A DNA stretch of 32,000 nt from Candidatus Electrothrix sp. GW3-4 (GCF_037902255.1 NZ_CP147990.1:1200001-1232000); one strand, 5' to 3'; shown: positions 1-8,067, counted from the stretch's first letter. Notes: generated from the sequence alone by a model not told the origin. Numbers and translations: made by a program.

Positions 1-1803
1 ATTAAATTTCTTGAGGATCTTCGGAATAGCCGATTTTACTTCTATACCAACCAATGCTTGAATTCCTGCCTGCTGAACTGGTATATCGTCGTTTTGTTCG
101 AGCAGAGAGTCTATTATGTTGACAGCTTTTTTTGATCTCACCCAAGGCAGCTGCTTAAGCAAACGTATTATCTTCTTGCTTGGATCATGCTCCTCATGCT
201 CCAAAATTTTGTTTTTCAGCGTGTACCCTTCCTGGTATAGGCCATCCTGCATATAAAAAGCAAAACGATCCAGCATAGGCAGATGGTATATCAAGTCCTG
301 CCGAGTCTTCGTTGCATTATTAAGCATATGCTGATTGAATAATCTGTCCGCCTCAATCTCCTGACGGGAAAAAGATGTCTCGTACTGGAAGGTCCGTTGC
401 CCGAACAGATCCTTTTGGTCGATATCCCCTTGATACAGCTCAATTCTATCAGAAATGGATTTCTTCGGACTCAACTGGAGATAACGACCGAAATAGTTTG
501 TTTGAAACGTGTTACCTATGTATATGAGACTGACAATAGTCAGAACTGCAATACTTCCACAAGCCAGCCGCCTAAGCCGCTGCCTTGCCTTGAACCCCCG
601 ATTCCAGCTATCAATAGATTCCGAAAAAATATCATGATACAGCTCATACCAAAACTGCTCACCCCGCATCTGCCGCCGCAGAATCGCATAATCCTGCAAC
701 CTATCCAAAACCGGCTGCAACTCCTTCTCATCAACCCTGGCCAACTCAGCCAAGCGCTCCAAAGGATGGGCAATCTTGATCGCCCGCGTCCCCACCAGAT
801 GGTCAAAGGCTGCTGAGGCAAGGGCCTGCTCTTGTTTACTGAAGAGACCTATCTTGCCGAGAAAATACGAATTCAGTATCCCCGCTGTCCTTCCGGCTTT
901 TTCGTAGGCCGCATGAGTAATCTGCTTGAGCTGATCATCTCGATGCCCTTGCCATAATTCCCGACAGACAATCTGTAGATGCGGCGGTTCCACCAGCAGG
1001 GGTAACTCTTTTAACCTCATTAAATTCTGCACCCCGAACTGCCGTTCCTGTTCCCGCTTGGCCAGATCATCCAGCACCTGATCCAGTAGGGCCTCCTGAT
1101 CTTCTGTCTGCGGCGCAAAACAATAGCCCGTTGCTTTTAACGGCTCTTCAATGGCCAGGCGGGCCTGGTCTCGAGTCAGTTTTTCAAGGCGAAAGTAATT
1201 GTCAAATATACCAGGCAGGGTGTTTTTAAAGCTGTTCAGTTCCAGGGCAAAGTCTTCACGCATGGAAAAGACAAAGGAGGCCGCCAGATTGCGGTCAAGG
1301 ATTGCTGCACTCAGGTCTTCAAGAAAGGGCTGGAATTCAGGTCGAAAACGCTGGTAGTTGAAAAATTCTTCAAACTGGTCAAGGAGGAGCACCTGTTGGC
1401 CGGTGCTGAAGATGGTGCAGGCCCGCAGGCTCTCTTGAAGAGAGAGTTGAGCAAACTGTTTATCAAGCGCGGCTCCATTATATTTTTCCCGAAAATGGTT
1501 ACTGATGGTTTGGCGAAGGGCTGTTCCCGGATCCGTGGCCCAGTCGCGATGATAGATCAGCTCTGCATCCTCATCCCTATTCAGCACCGGCATAATCCCG
1601 GCCCGCAGCAGGGAACTCTTGCCCACACCGCTGCCAGCCAACAGCAGGGTCAGCCGGTTGGCGTGAATTTTGTCCAGGAGGATACTGATCTCCTGGTCAC
1701 GACCAAAGAAACGATCCTGTTCGTCTTCCCGGAAAGGGCGGAGGCCGATATAGGGCTCAAAGGCAGGGGAGGGCATCTCTGCTTTCTTTTTTGCTGAACT
1801 CAT
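1..1803 (-). CDS. STAND-type P-loop NTPase (nSTAND-like) with predicted TM helix and C-terminal HEAT-like repeats; C-terminus beyond window edge
   Basis: Not in the supplied ORF track because it is open at the window edge. My minus-strand translation from ATG at 1803 gives 601 uninterrupted codons down to nt 1: MSSAKKKAEMPSPAFEPYIGLRPFREDEQDRFFGRDQEISILLDKIHANRLTLLLAGSGVGKSSLLRAGIMP... Walker A GSGVGKSS lies at nt ~1612-1635; Walker B-like motif VLLLDQFEEFF. A hydrophobic helix LACGSIAVLTIVSLIYIG (nt ~514-567) follows RQRLRR. HEAT-like IPVQQAGIQALVGIEVKSAIPKIL lies near nt 1-80. The start overlaps the upstream stop (ATGA at 1800-1803). Confidence 0.8.
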   Translation of the reverse strand, partial: MSSAKKKAEMPSPAFEPYIGLRPFREDEQDRFFGRDQEISILLDKIHANRLTLLLAGSGVGKSSLLRAGIMPVLNRDEDAELIYHRDWATDPGTALRQTISNHFREKYNGAALDKQFAQLSLQESLRACTIFSTGQQVLLLDQFEEFFNYQRFRPEFQPFLEDLSAAILDRNLAASFVFSMREDFALELNSFKNTLPGIFDNYFRLEKLTRDQARLAIEEPLKATGYCFAPQTEDQEALLDQVLDDLAKREQERQFGVQNLMRLKELPLLVEPPHLQIVCRELWQGHRDDQLKQITHAAYEKAGRTAGILNSYFLGKIGLFSKQEQALASAAFDHLVGTRAIKIAHPLERLAELARVDEKELQPVLDRLQDYAILRRQMRGEQFWYELYHDIFSESIDSWNRGFKARQRLRRLACGSIAVLTIVSLIYIGNTFQTNYFGRYLQLSPKKSISDRIELYQGDIDQKDLFGQRTFQYETSFSRQEIEADRLFNQHMLNNATKTRQDLIYHLPMLDRFAFYMQDGLYQEGYTLKNKILEHEEHDPSKKIIRLLKQLPWVRSKKAVNIIDSLLEQNDDIPVQQAGIQALVGIEVKSAIPKILKKFN

Positions 1804-3332
1804 GATTCCATCTCCTGGGCAAGTTCCTGAACAAAGGTCCTGAGTGCAAGGTCAAAGGGCTGCACATGGTTGTCCTGCCAAAAGGCGTGGGCAAATGGGG
1901 AAATATCTTTCTGTACAGCAAGGGATACAGCGCGATGATCCCGCTGCATCTGGATGGATTTGACCAGCAAACGTTCTTCCCAGCTCTCTGGATAATGGCC
2001 CAGGAACCAGAGGGCACGGCTTTTCAGTTTGGTGCGAATATAGTCTGGAATCTGCTGCGTTGCCTGGTTGAAGTTAAGATAATCCCGTTCTGAGAGGAGC
2101 AGGGTTTCCCGATCCTGATCAATAAAGCCACCACGCAGCTTATAGATAACCGTATAGCCACGACTGAGGGGCTTTTGCCCGGAAAGCTCTTCCAGGGTAC
2201 AGGGCAGCGGCTCTTCATACTGATCAGAATAGCGAAGCAGGCATTTTTTCTCCCTGATGTTGGGATAGATCACCACAAAGGGTTTCCGATTTTTCAGACG
2301 CTGCTCCAGCAGGTCGTCATAGGCAGCAGAGATGATCAGGAGAGGGGGGGCAAGTCGGGCCAACAGCTCATAGAGGGCAAGAGGGGTTTGGGCATCCCCC
2401 CGAAGGAGAGCGCGAATCTTTTCCACCAGTTCATAGCGGCAGCAGCCTGGCAGGATTTCCTCCTGCTCGCAGAGCTCAGATAAGGGACCGTGAAATCCCT
2501 CCTCACGAACCAGGCGATGAATAAGTTCCTCTGTTGAGGGAACCGGAGCACCAAGGAGGTGGGAAAGTTCCTGGCCAAGGCAAAGGACAACCTGCCCTTT
2601 GTTGAGATTCTCTGCGAGTTTTGCATAGTCCGGTGTCGCCTCTGGACCTTCCTTACTACTGGCTAAGGTCTTAAAGAAAAGGACCAACTCTTCTTTTGTA
2701 AGGCGTTGTTCAATAAATCCCTCGATTTTGAGGAGGATTTCTTCATCAGCAGGGCCAATACCTTCTTTCTCCATCCGATCTAACTCAAGACCGATAGCCT
2801 GAATCACTTCAAGGAGTTCAAAAGCACGTTTGGAAAGCTCAGTTTTCGCGTGGTGAACACGGTTTGTACAGTTGACAACATCTCTCCCCTCGGCCTGTGC
2901 ATGAGCCTCCAATCGCAGCATCTCTTTTTCTAGCTTCCCCCGCTCATTTTTTTCCTGTCTGATTTCCTGTTCCAAGCGAAACATTTCTTCGTGACGGGTT
3001 TCCGCTATTTTCTGATTCTCTAAGAAAGAAAGCCTTTTACTATGCGACTCCCACTGCTTTTGCAGTTCTTTCATTTTGGCGGCAATAAATTGTTTCTGGA
3101 GCATAATCGAATATCGGAAAACGTGAATCTGTTGTTCTAACTCCTTAAAAAGCAGATCAAGATACTCTGTCTGGGGCCGCTGCCAGCATCTTTGCTGTTT
3201 CATGAACGGGGCTGCCGCACCGCGCATTTTCTTTATCAGCTGATAGAAAAACCGCAGTAATCCTGAGCTGTCTCGCCTGGGGGGCAGGCGCAAGCTATAT
3301 TTTTGACAGGAACGCATCCTTTTCGCAAGCAA
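1800..3332 (-). CDS. Coiled-coil protein with C-terminal degenerate SIR2-like (SIR2_2-type) domain
   Basis: 510-aa ORF in the track. The N-terminal ~100 aa are heptad/charged (KELQKQWESHSKRLSFLENQKIAETRHEEMFRLEQEIRQEKNERGKLEKEMLRLEAHAQ). The C-terminal half follows the order of SIR2_2 motifs: GQVVLCLGQELS, LLIISAAYDDLLEQ, YKLRGG..LLLSERDY, ALWFLGHYPESW. The expected GAG, TTN and H positions are substituted. Start uncertain (TTG 3332, ATG 3317 or an internal Met). Confidence 0.6.
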   Translation of the reverse strand: MLAKRMRSCQKYSLRLPPRRDSSGLLRFFYQLIKKMRGAAAPFMKQQRCWQRPQTEYLDLLFKELEQQIHVFRYSIMLQKQFIAAKMKELQKQWESHSKRLSFLENQKIAETRHEEMFRLEQEIRQEKNERGKLEKEMLRLEAHAQAEGRDVVNCTNRVHHAKTELSKRAFELLEVIQAIGLELDRMEKEGIGPADEEILLKIEGFIEQRLTKEELVLFFKTLASSKEGPEATPDYAKLAENLNKGQVVLCLGQELSHLLGAPVPSTEELIHRLVREEGFHGPLSELCEQEEILPGCCRYELVEKIRALLRGDAQTPLALYELLARLAPPLLIISAAYDDLLEQRLKNRKPFVVIYPNIREKKCLLRYSDQYEEPLPCTLEELSGQKPLSRGYTVIYKLRGGFIDQDRETLLLSERDYLNFNQATQQIPDYIRTKLKSRALWFLGHYPESWEERLLVKSIQMQRDHRAVSLAVQKDISPFAHAFWQDNHVQPFDLALRTFVQELAQEMES

Positions 3333-3430
3333 AAAAAGGAATTACTCTATCCGAAAGCTTCCAGGTCTCTCTGGTCACTTTTTCCTGCACATTTTGCCAA
3401 CGCACTCTCACCTCCCGCCCTTTATCGTCT

Positions 3431-3472
3431 GCATCAGAGCGCGCTCTGATTCTGTCCTGTGATACCGAGATG
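3431..3472. promoter_or_regulatory. Copy 1 of a 42-bp repeated element containing an 18-bp perfect palindrome ATCAGAGCGCGCTCTGAT
   Basis: gcatcagagcgcgctctgattctgtcctgtgataccgagatg; palindrome at 3433-3450. It lies in the divergent intergenic region between the SIR2-like operon (minus) and the hemerythrin-like gene (plus), about 100 nt upstream of 3573. Matches 38/42 to 4303-4344. Confidence 0.55.
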
Positions 3473-3572
3473 AATAGCAGTATTTCTTTTTTTGTTTACT
3501 TTCTTGAATAATTTTGGATAATAAATATGGGTGCTGAAGGAATAAAAGGAAGTATAGTGGAAGGATGAAAGA

Positions 3573-4034
3573 GTGGATAAGTTATCACGAGAAGTTTTTG
3601 AACATGGCAAGGTGTTGGAAGAATTGTATTTTTTTGACAATTATACCAAGGTGTTCTCGCGTGTATCTTGTGAGGATTATCTTGAGAAAATCAATACGTT
3701 TTTAGATGAATTTGTCATTGAACATTTTGAATTTGAAGAGAAGGAGATATTTCCTTTTATACTTGAGAAGTGCAACCGATACTATGAAGAGAAAATGATA
3801 CAAGAGTTGCGAGATGAACACCTTATAATATTGGAGCATGTTGCTGAGTTTAAAGCCCAAATAAAACCTCTTACATCACGGCTCAATAGTGAGATTTTTT
3901 GTAAAATTTTATTATTAAGTCAGCCGCTGAGGAGAGAGATAATGAGTCATGCCCGAAAAGAAGATGAGCAATTACTTCCTGCTATAAAAAAATACCTTGT
4001 ATCGTTCAATTGTAGTAATTCAGAGTTGATCTGA
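3573..4034 (+). CDS. Hemerythrin-like (HHE cation-binding) domain protein
   Basis: 153-aa ORF with GTG start preceded by GGAAGGA. Three H/E motifs typical of hemerythrin-like domains: FEHGKVLEEL, EHFEFEEKEIFPFI plus LRDEHLIILEHV, and MSHARKEDEQLLPAI. AT-rich relative to flanks. Confidence 0.55.
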   Translation: MDKLSREVFEHGKVLEELYFFDNYTKVFSRVSCEDYLEKINTFLDEFVIEHFEFEEKEIFPFILEKCNRYYEEKMIQELRDEHLIILEHVAEFKAQIKPLTSRLNSEIFCKILLLSQPLRREIMSHARKEDEQLLPAIKKYLVSFNCSNSELI

Positions 4035-4302
4035 TAGGATGTGTATGGGTGGCCTTTCATTAAGGGCCTCATCAAAAGGTCGTTCTGATTGCGGAAGGCC
4101 TTTTGGGGCACATCCTTGGGCGTGTATTCTGCACGTTACCCGGTTTTTCTTTGTCCAGCCTTTGATGGTTTCGTAAAAAGTCCAATTTTGCGAAAAATTG
4201 TATTGTAACTCGTTGAGTTGCCGTTAGCGAATTACTGTTTTCTGACTTTTTACCAGGCCATCAGCCTTTGGGATTCGAATCTGTAACCCCATCCTGTACC
4301 TC

Positions 4303-4344
4303 GCATCAGAGCGCGCTCTGATTTTGCCCTGTGATATCGATATG
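4303..4344. promoter_or_regulatory. Copy 2 of the 42-bp palindrome-containing element
   Basis: gcatcagagcgcgctctgattttgccctgtgatatcgatatg; palindrome at 4305-4322. Lies about 150 nt upstream of the kinase ATG at 4494. Confidence 0.55.
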
Positions 4345-4493
4345 GGCACATTTCATTCTCGCAAGAGTAGTTTCATGTTTACTTTTTAATTCAACATAAT
4401 TAAACTTTCCTGTTCTGACAGGACAATGACGCTGCTTTTCATGTCTGCCCGCCTCCTACTGATCTATATTTGTATATTTCGGAGAAAATTATC

Positions 4494-6569
4494 ATGAAGC
4501 CGACGTATTCAGAGCTTGAACTGAAAATGAAAGAACTTGAGCAGCAGGTTGCTGGCCTGAAAGGCATGGTTACGGCCCAGCGCAAGAGAGCGGAAAAATA
4601 TCGATCTTTTTCTGAAGCGGGCTTTGAAGCAATATTTATTAATGATAACGGTATGCTGAAAGACGCAAATAACCGGTATTTTGATATGTTTGGCTATGAA
4701 CCTGTCGAATTGCTCAACAAACAGGTAATTCCTCTGACCATTGCTCCTGAATTTTATGAACAGCTCCTGAAAAGGGTGCATTCGGGATACACTGAACCGT
4801 ATCAGGTTGTTGGCATACGAAAGGACGGTTCCCGCTTTCCTATAGAGATTCAGGCAAAGCAGGTAAGATATGAGGGGAGCAAGCTGCGGGTAGCTGCGAT
4901 TAGAGATATTTCAGAAAGAAAAAGAGCCGAAGATGTCCTTTGGGAGAGCGAGGAAAAATACAGAAAACTTTTCTCGACAATACATAGCGGGGTTATGATT
5001 ATTGATGAGCAGACTCGTGATATCATAGACGTCAATGTAGCGGCCCTGTATACCTATGGCTACAGCAGGGAAGAATTTCTGTCTTTAAAATATATTGATA
5101 TCACCGCTGAACAGGAGGACTCCGAAGAGGCCATACAACAACTCCTGGCCGGAGAACGGCAATATTTCCCCCTTCGCTACCATCGCAAAAAAGATGGGAC
5201 AAAATTCCCGGTGGAGATCTTTGCGACGTCTTTTTCTCTTCAGGGCCGAAGGGTGTTATGCGGAATTTTCCATGATATTAGCGTCCGAAAGAAGGCGGAA
5301 CAGGCGCTGATCTCTGCCAAAGAAGCAGCTGAAGCAGCCAACAGGGCAAAAAGTGAATTCCTGGCCAACATGAGTCATGAGCTTCGGACACCGATGAATG
5401 CTATTCTCGGCATGAATCGCCTTGCCTTGAAGACGGGGTTGACCAAAGAGCAGGGCAATTATCTTGCAACCGTTGAGGAGGCAGGCGAATCGCTTCTTAA
5501 AATCATTGATAATGTGCTTGATTTTTCCAAAATTGAGGCTGGTCAACTGGCCATGGAAGAGCGAGCATTTAACCTGCGGGAAATCAGCACGTTTCTTCAG
5601 GACCGTTTTGCCTTGAAGGTACGGGAAAAGGGACTGAGCCTGACGTGCAGGCTCCCTGCCGATGTTCCGGTTGCTCTCCTCGGGGATGAGACCCGACTGC
5701 GCCAGGTTCTTGTTCATCTTGTCGAAAACGCGATAAAATTCACTGAGACGGGCGGGGTCTCGATCCTGGTGGAACAAGTGCAGAACAATGAGGAGGCAAT
5801 ATGTCTGCGATTCGCGGTTAGCGACACGGGTCCTGGCATAGCAGAGGGAGATCAGGAGCAGATATTCAATAATTTTACCCAGGCCGACTCCAGTATGACA
5901 AGGATGTATGGAGGAACAGGGCTTGGCCTTGCTCTCTGCAAAAAACTGACCTTGTTGATGGGAGGAAAGATTTGGCTCGAAAGTCGGTATGGTCAGGGCG
6001 CTACCTTCTCTTTTACTGCGAATTTTAAAAAAGAACCTGAAGGTACAGGGAACAGGGGGCTTGTTGCTCAACGAAAGACACGAGTAAACGGGAAGCTGTC
6101 TGTCCTCCAGATATTACTGGTGGAAGATAACCCCTTTAACCGGGATCTTGCTCGGATAGTCCTTGAAAAGAAAGGAAATAGGGTGACCACGGCGACGACG
6201 GGCTTGGAGGCCCTGGAGTTGATGACCCGACAATCTTTTGGCGCGATACTGATGGATATCCAAATGCCAGAGATGGACGGGATTACGGCAACGAAACTCA
6301 TTAGATTATGCGAAAAGCAAAAGAACGTTGCCGTTAGAGAACACAACGAGCTGATCAGACGGATAAATAATAAAATATATGGAACGCATACACCGATAAT
6401 TGCCATGACGGCGCATGCAATGTCGGGAGATAAATATTTATGTGTTCAGGCCGGGATGGATGAATATCTCACCAAGCCTTTCCGGCCTGAGGAGGTCTTT
6501 ACTGCTCTGAGAGATGTGACCGCGCGCAGTACCGTGGATGTCAGGAGGAGCCCGCGTGGCTATAGTTGA
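4494..6569 (+). CDS. Hybrid sensor histidine kinase (coiled coil, 2 x PAS, HisKA, HATPase_c, C-terminal receiver)
   Basis: The track ORF begins at 4470 (TTG), but ATG 4494 has GGAG 8 nt upstream (MKPTYSELELKMKELEQQ). H-box SHELRTPMNAILG; ATPase motifs DTGPGI and GGTGLGLALC; receiver ILLVEDNPFNR...ILMDIQMPEMDG...LTKPF. Two PAS-like segments (RKDGSRFPIEI and KKDGTKFPVEI). Confidence 0.9.
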   Translation: MKPTYSELELKMKELEQQVAGLKGMVTAQRKRAEKYRSFSEAGFEAIFINDNGMLKDANNRYFDMFGYEPVELLNKQVIPLTIAPEFYEQLLKRVHSGYTEPYQVVGIRKDGSRFPIEIQAKQVRYEGSKLRVAAIRDISERKRAEDVLWESEEKYRKLFSTIHSGVMIIDEQTRDIIDVNVAALYTYGYSREEFLSLKYIDITAEQEDSEEAIQQLLAGERQYFPLRYHRKKDGTKFPVEIFATSFSLQGRRVLCGIFHDISVRKKAEQALISAKEAAEAANRAKSEFLANMSHELRTPMNAILGMNRLALKTGLTKEQGNYLATVEEAGESLLKIIDNVLDFSKIEAGQLAMEERAFNLREISTFLQDRFALKVREKGLSLTCRLPADVPVALLGDETRLRQVLVHLVENAIKFTETGGVSILVEQVQNNEEAICLRFAVSDTGPGIAEGDQEQIFNNFTQADSSMTRMYGGTGLGLALCKKLTLLMGGKIWLESRYGQGATFSFTANFKKEPEGTGNRGLVAQRKTRVNGKLSVLQILLVEDNPFNRDLARIVLEKKGNRVTTATTGLEALELMTRQSFGAILMDIQMPEMDGITATKLIRLCEKQKNVAVREHNELIRRINNKIYGTHTPIIAMTAHAMSGDKYLCVQAGMDEYLTKPFRPEEVFTALRDVTARSTVDVRRSPRGYS

Positions 6570-6644
6570 CGTCCAATATGAAGTATGAGGTATGGGGGAG
6601 ATGGGCCCCGCAAGGTGAAACGCCTTGTACAGGGCATGAACCTG

Positions 6645-6670
6645 CTAAGACACTAAGACACTAAGACACT
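6645..6670. repeat. Tandem 8-bp repeat (ctaagaca x3 plus partial)
   Basis: ctaagacactaagacactaagacact read directly, about 75 nt downstream of the kinase stop. Confidence 0.9.
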
Positions 6671-7192
6671 TGCCGAAGAATTGTAAATATCCGGGGCGGA
6701 AGCGTGAAAAGACGAGATACACACCTCATTACGGTATACTTCTGCGTAAGAAGTATCTAATTCTCAGGTGAAAAGAGGGTAAAAAATATCTATCTTCTTG
6801 GAAATAATAAGAATTCCCAATAGATTGAATGCGTTGTTTTTAATGACACAATAGTATCTTGCCAGGAGTAACTATATAATTGGTATGGATTTTGTATATG
6901 AAACGCTAGTAAACGATGATGTTGCACGTTACTGAGCATGTCCTGCTTTTCGGCTTCTGGTTGTTTTATATGAAAGTACCGGGTATCTCTTTGGATTCGG
7001 GAGATCGACTTTCATGCCTTGTTGTCCCTCCCCAGAGGGGAGGGATGAGGGCTTTATTAAAACCTCGCAGGATTAACCGTAAAAGTTGACAAAGCCACAG
7101 TCACCGTGAGGTGATGTCGGAAAACTGCGGGTCTCCATAGGGGAGATAGCCGAGTTACCTGCTTTTTAAAGTTATTGCTGGAGGAAGATGTT

Positions 7193-7312
7193 GTGACAAT
7201 GTGTATAAGAGTACTGAAAAAGGGATTGATTAACCTGACTATTCCCCTGAAAAAGGGCTTGATTGGATTGGCAATGCTTTTCCTTTCTGCTGCATTCGTC
7301 TTGCCGGAATAG
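7193..7312 (+). CDS. Candidate small membrane protein (about 37-39 aa) with internal LKKGLI duplication
   Basis: Below the track threshold. GGAGGAAG at 7180-7187, then GTG 7193 / ATG 7199: (V)TMCIRVLKKGLINLTIPLKKGLIGLAMLFLSAAFVLPE*, stop TAG 7310-7312. Hydrophobic C-terminal segment. Followed by an intrinsic terminator at 7368-7402. Contains the 18-bp direct repeat 7214-7231 / 7247-7264 (17/18). Confidence 0.35.
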   Translation: MTMCIRVLKKGLINLTIPLKKGLIGLAMLFLSAAFVLPE

Positions 7313-7367
7313 TGATCTGAGTGATTTGTGTAATCTGAGCTCTGTTGCTCAACCTGAGAGATGTTTT

Positions 7368-7402
7368 GCCGGGCGCGTTCTTTTACGTTGCCCGGTTTTT
7401 TT
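7368..7402 (+). terminator. Rho-independent terminator
   Basis: ccgggc (7369-7374) pairs with gcccgg (7390-7395), and inner cgt/acg also pair. Followed by T7 (7396-7402). Confidence 0.6.
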
Positions 7403-7454
7403 GCTTTACCAGGGCTTAGCCCTGCCCCAAGAGAAATATTCGGCGTAAAAAAAT

Positions 7455-8021
7455 ATGAAAAAAATCTTTCTGCTTCTCTTAACGGCGTATTTATTGACAG
7501 GCTGTGCCGTGGTCACTTCAGAAAATATCATCGGCAGCGCAGCGGTTCAGCTTTCCCCGGAAGCCTGGAACGGGATTTGGCGAAATGAAGATACGGTACT
7601 GCAGCTCAAGGTTGTTGATGCGGACAAGGGCCTTGTTAACATCGCCTGGTTTGAAGACAAAGACAACGAGTTGCAACCCGATTCAATAGCAGTACAGATC
7701 AGCAAGGGAGAGAAATGGGAGTACCTTACCCTTGTTACCGGTTCGCTCTATAATGATCTTGAATTGGAAAAGTATTGCTGGGGAAGAATCGAAAAGGAGG
7801 GAGAGCGTATCCTGTTTTGGCTGCCCAATCCAGAACGATTCGAGCGTGCTGTTCAATCCAAGACGCTGAAAGGAAACGTCATTAAGATAAAGAAAGAAAA
7901 GTATCCGAGCACGCATGTCAAACTGACCGGATCAGCACAGGAAATTATAAAGCAGGTAGAGTCTGGCGGAGCTGATTATTTCCTCTGGGATACTCCGCTG
8001 ACGTTTATCAGGATTGACTGA
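7455..8021 (+). CDS. Lipoprotein, function unknown
   Basis: 188-aa ORF. Signal peptide with lipobox MKKIFLLLLTAYLLTGC. Confidence 0.75.
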   Translation: MKKIFLLLLTAYLLTGCAVVTSENIIGSAAVQLSPEAWNGIWRNEDTVLQLKVVDADKGLVNIAWFEDKDNELQPDSIAVQISKGEKWEYLTLVTGSLYNDLELEKYCWGRIEKEGERILFWLPNPERFERAVQSKTLKGNVIKIKKEKYPSTHVKLTGSAQEIIKQVESGGADYFLWDTPLTFIRID

Positions 8022-8067
8022 ATAACTGAACAACTGGCGCTCAATGTACAGGGCCTGAATCCCCAGA

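Noticed and set aside
397-1797. Track ORFs 397-816(+), 540-821(-) and 1396-1797(+) as genes
   Set aside because: All lie inside, or antisense to, the continuous 601-codon minus-strand frame with clear P-loop NTPase motifs. Their own sequences are low-complexity with no motifs.
3360-3400. Sigma-54 promoter (ttGGCAaaatgtGCAgg on the minus strand) for the SIR2-like operon
   Set aside because: The GG-to-GC spacing is two nt short of the TGGCAC-N5-TTGC geometry.
3434-3640. 68-aa minus-strand ORF overlapping the palindromic element and the hemerythrin gene start
   Set aside because: AT-rich and low-complexity. It spans a divergent promoter region and the start of a better-supported gene.
3565-3708. 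Possible frameshift in the hemerythrin-like gene (ATG 3565 opens a different 47-codon frame, MKEWISYHEKFLN...)
   Set aside because: GTG 3573 has a correctly spaced GGAAGGA and its frame carries all three H/E motifs. The ATG frame has no spacing for an SD and terminates quickly. No frameshift is needed.
4040-4300. Remnant gene or terminator in the hemerythrin-kinase spacer (ggcctt/aaggcc pairing, 48-codon ATG ORF at 4041)
   Set aside because: The stem encloses a ~39-nt loop and is not terminator-like. The short ORF lacks an SD and motifs. I could not support any call.
5256-6071. 271-aa minus-strand ORF inside the histidine kinase gene
   Set aside because: It is an antisense shadow of a strongly supported CDS, with no SD and no recognisable motifs. 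The same reasoning applies to 13041-13757(-) and 13739-14257(-) in aspS, 11889-12353(-) in hisS, 9146-9511(-) and 9552-9914(+) in pcnB, and 25587-27093(-) in the AsmA-like gene.
6645-6670. CRISPR-like or regulatory repeat array
   Set aside because: Only three 8-bp units with no spacers. Too short for CRISPR, so recorded simply as a microsatellite-type tandem repeat.
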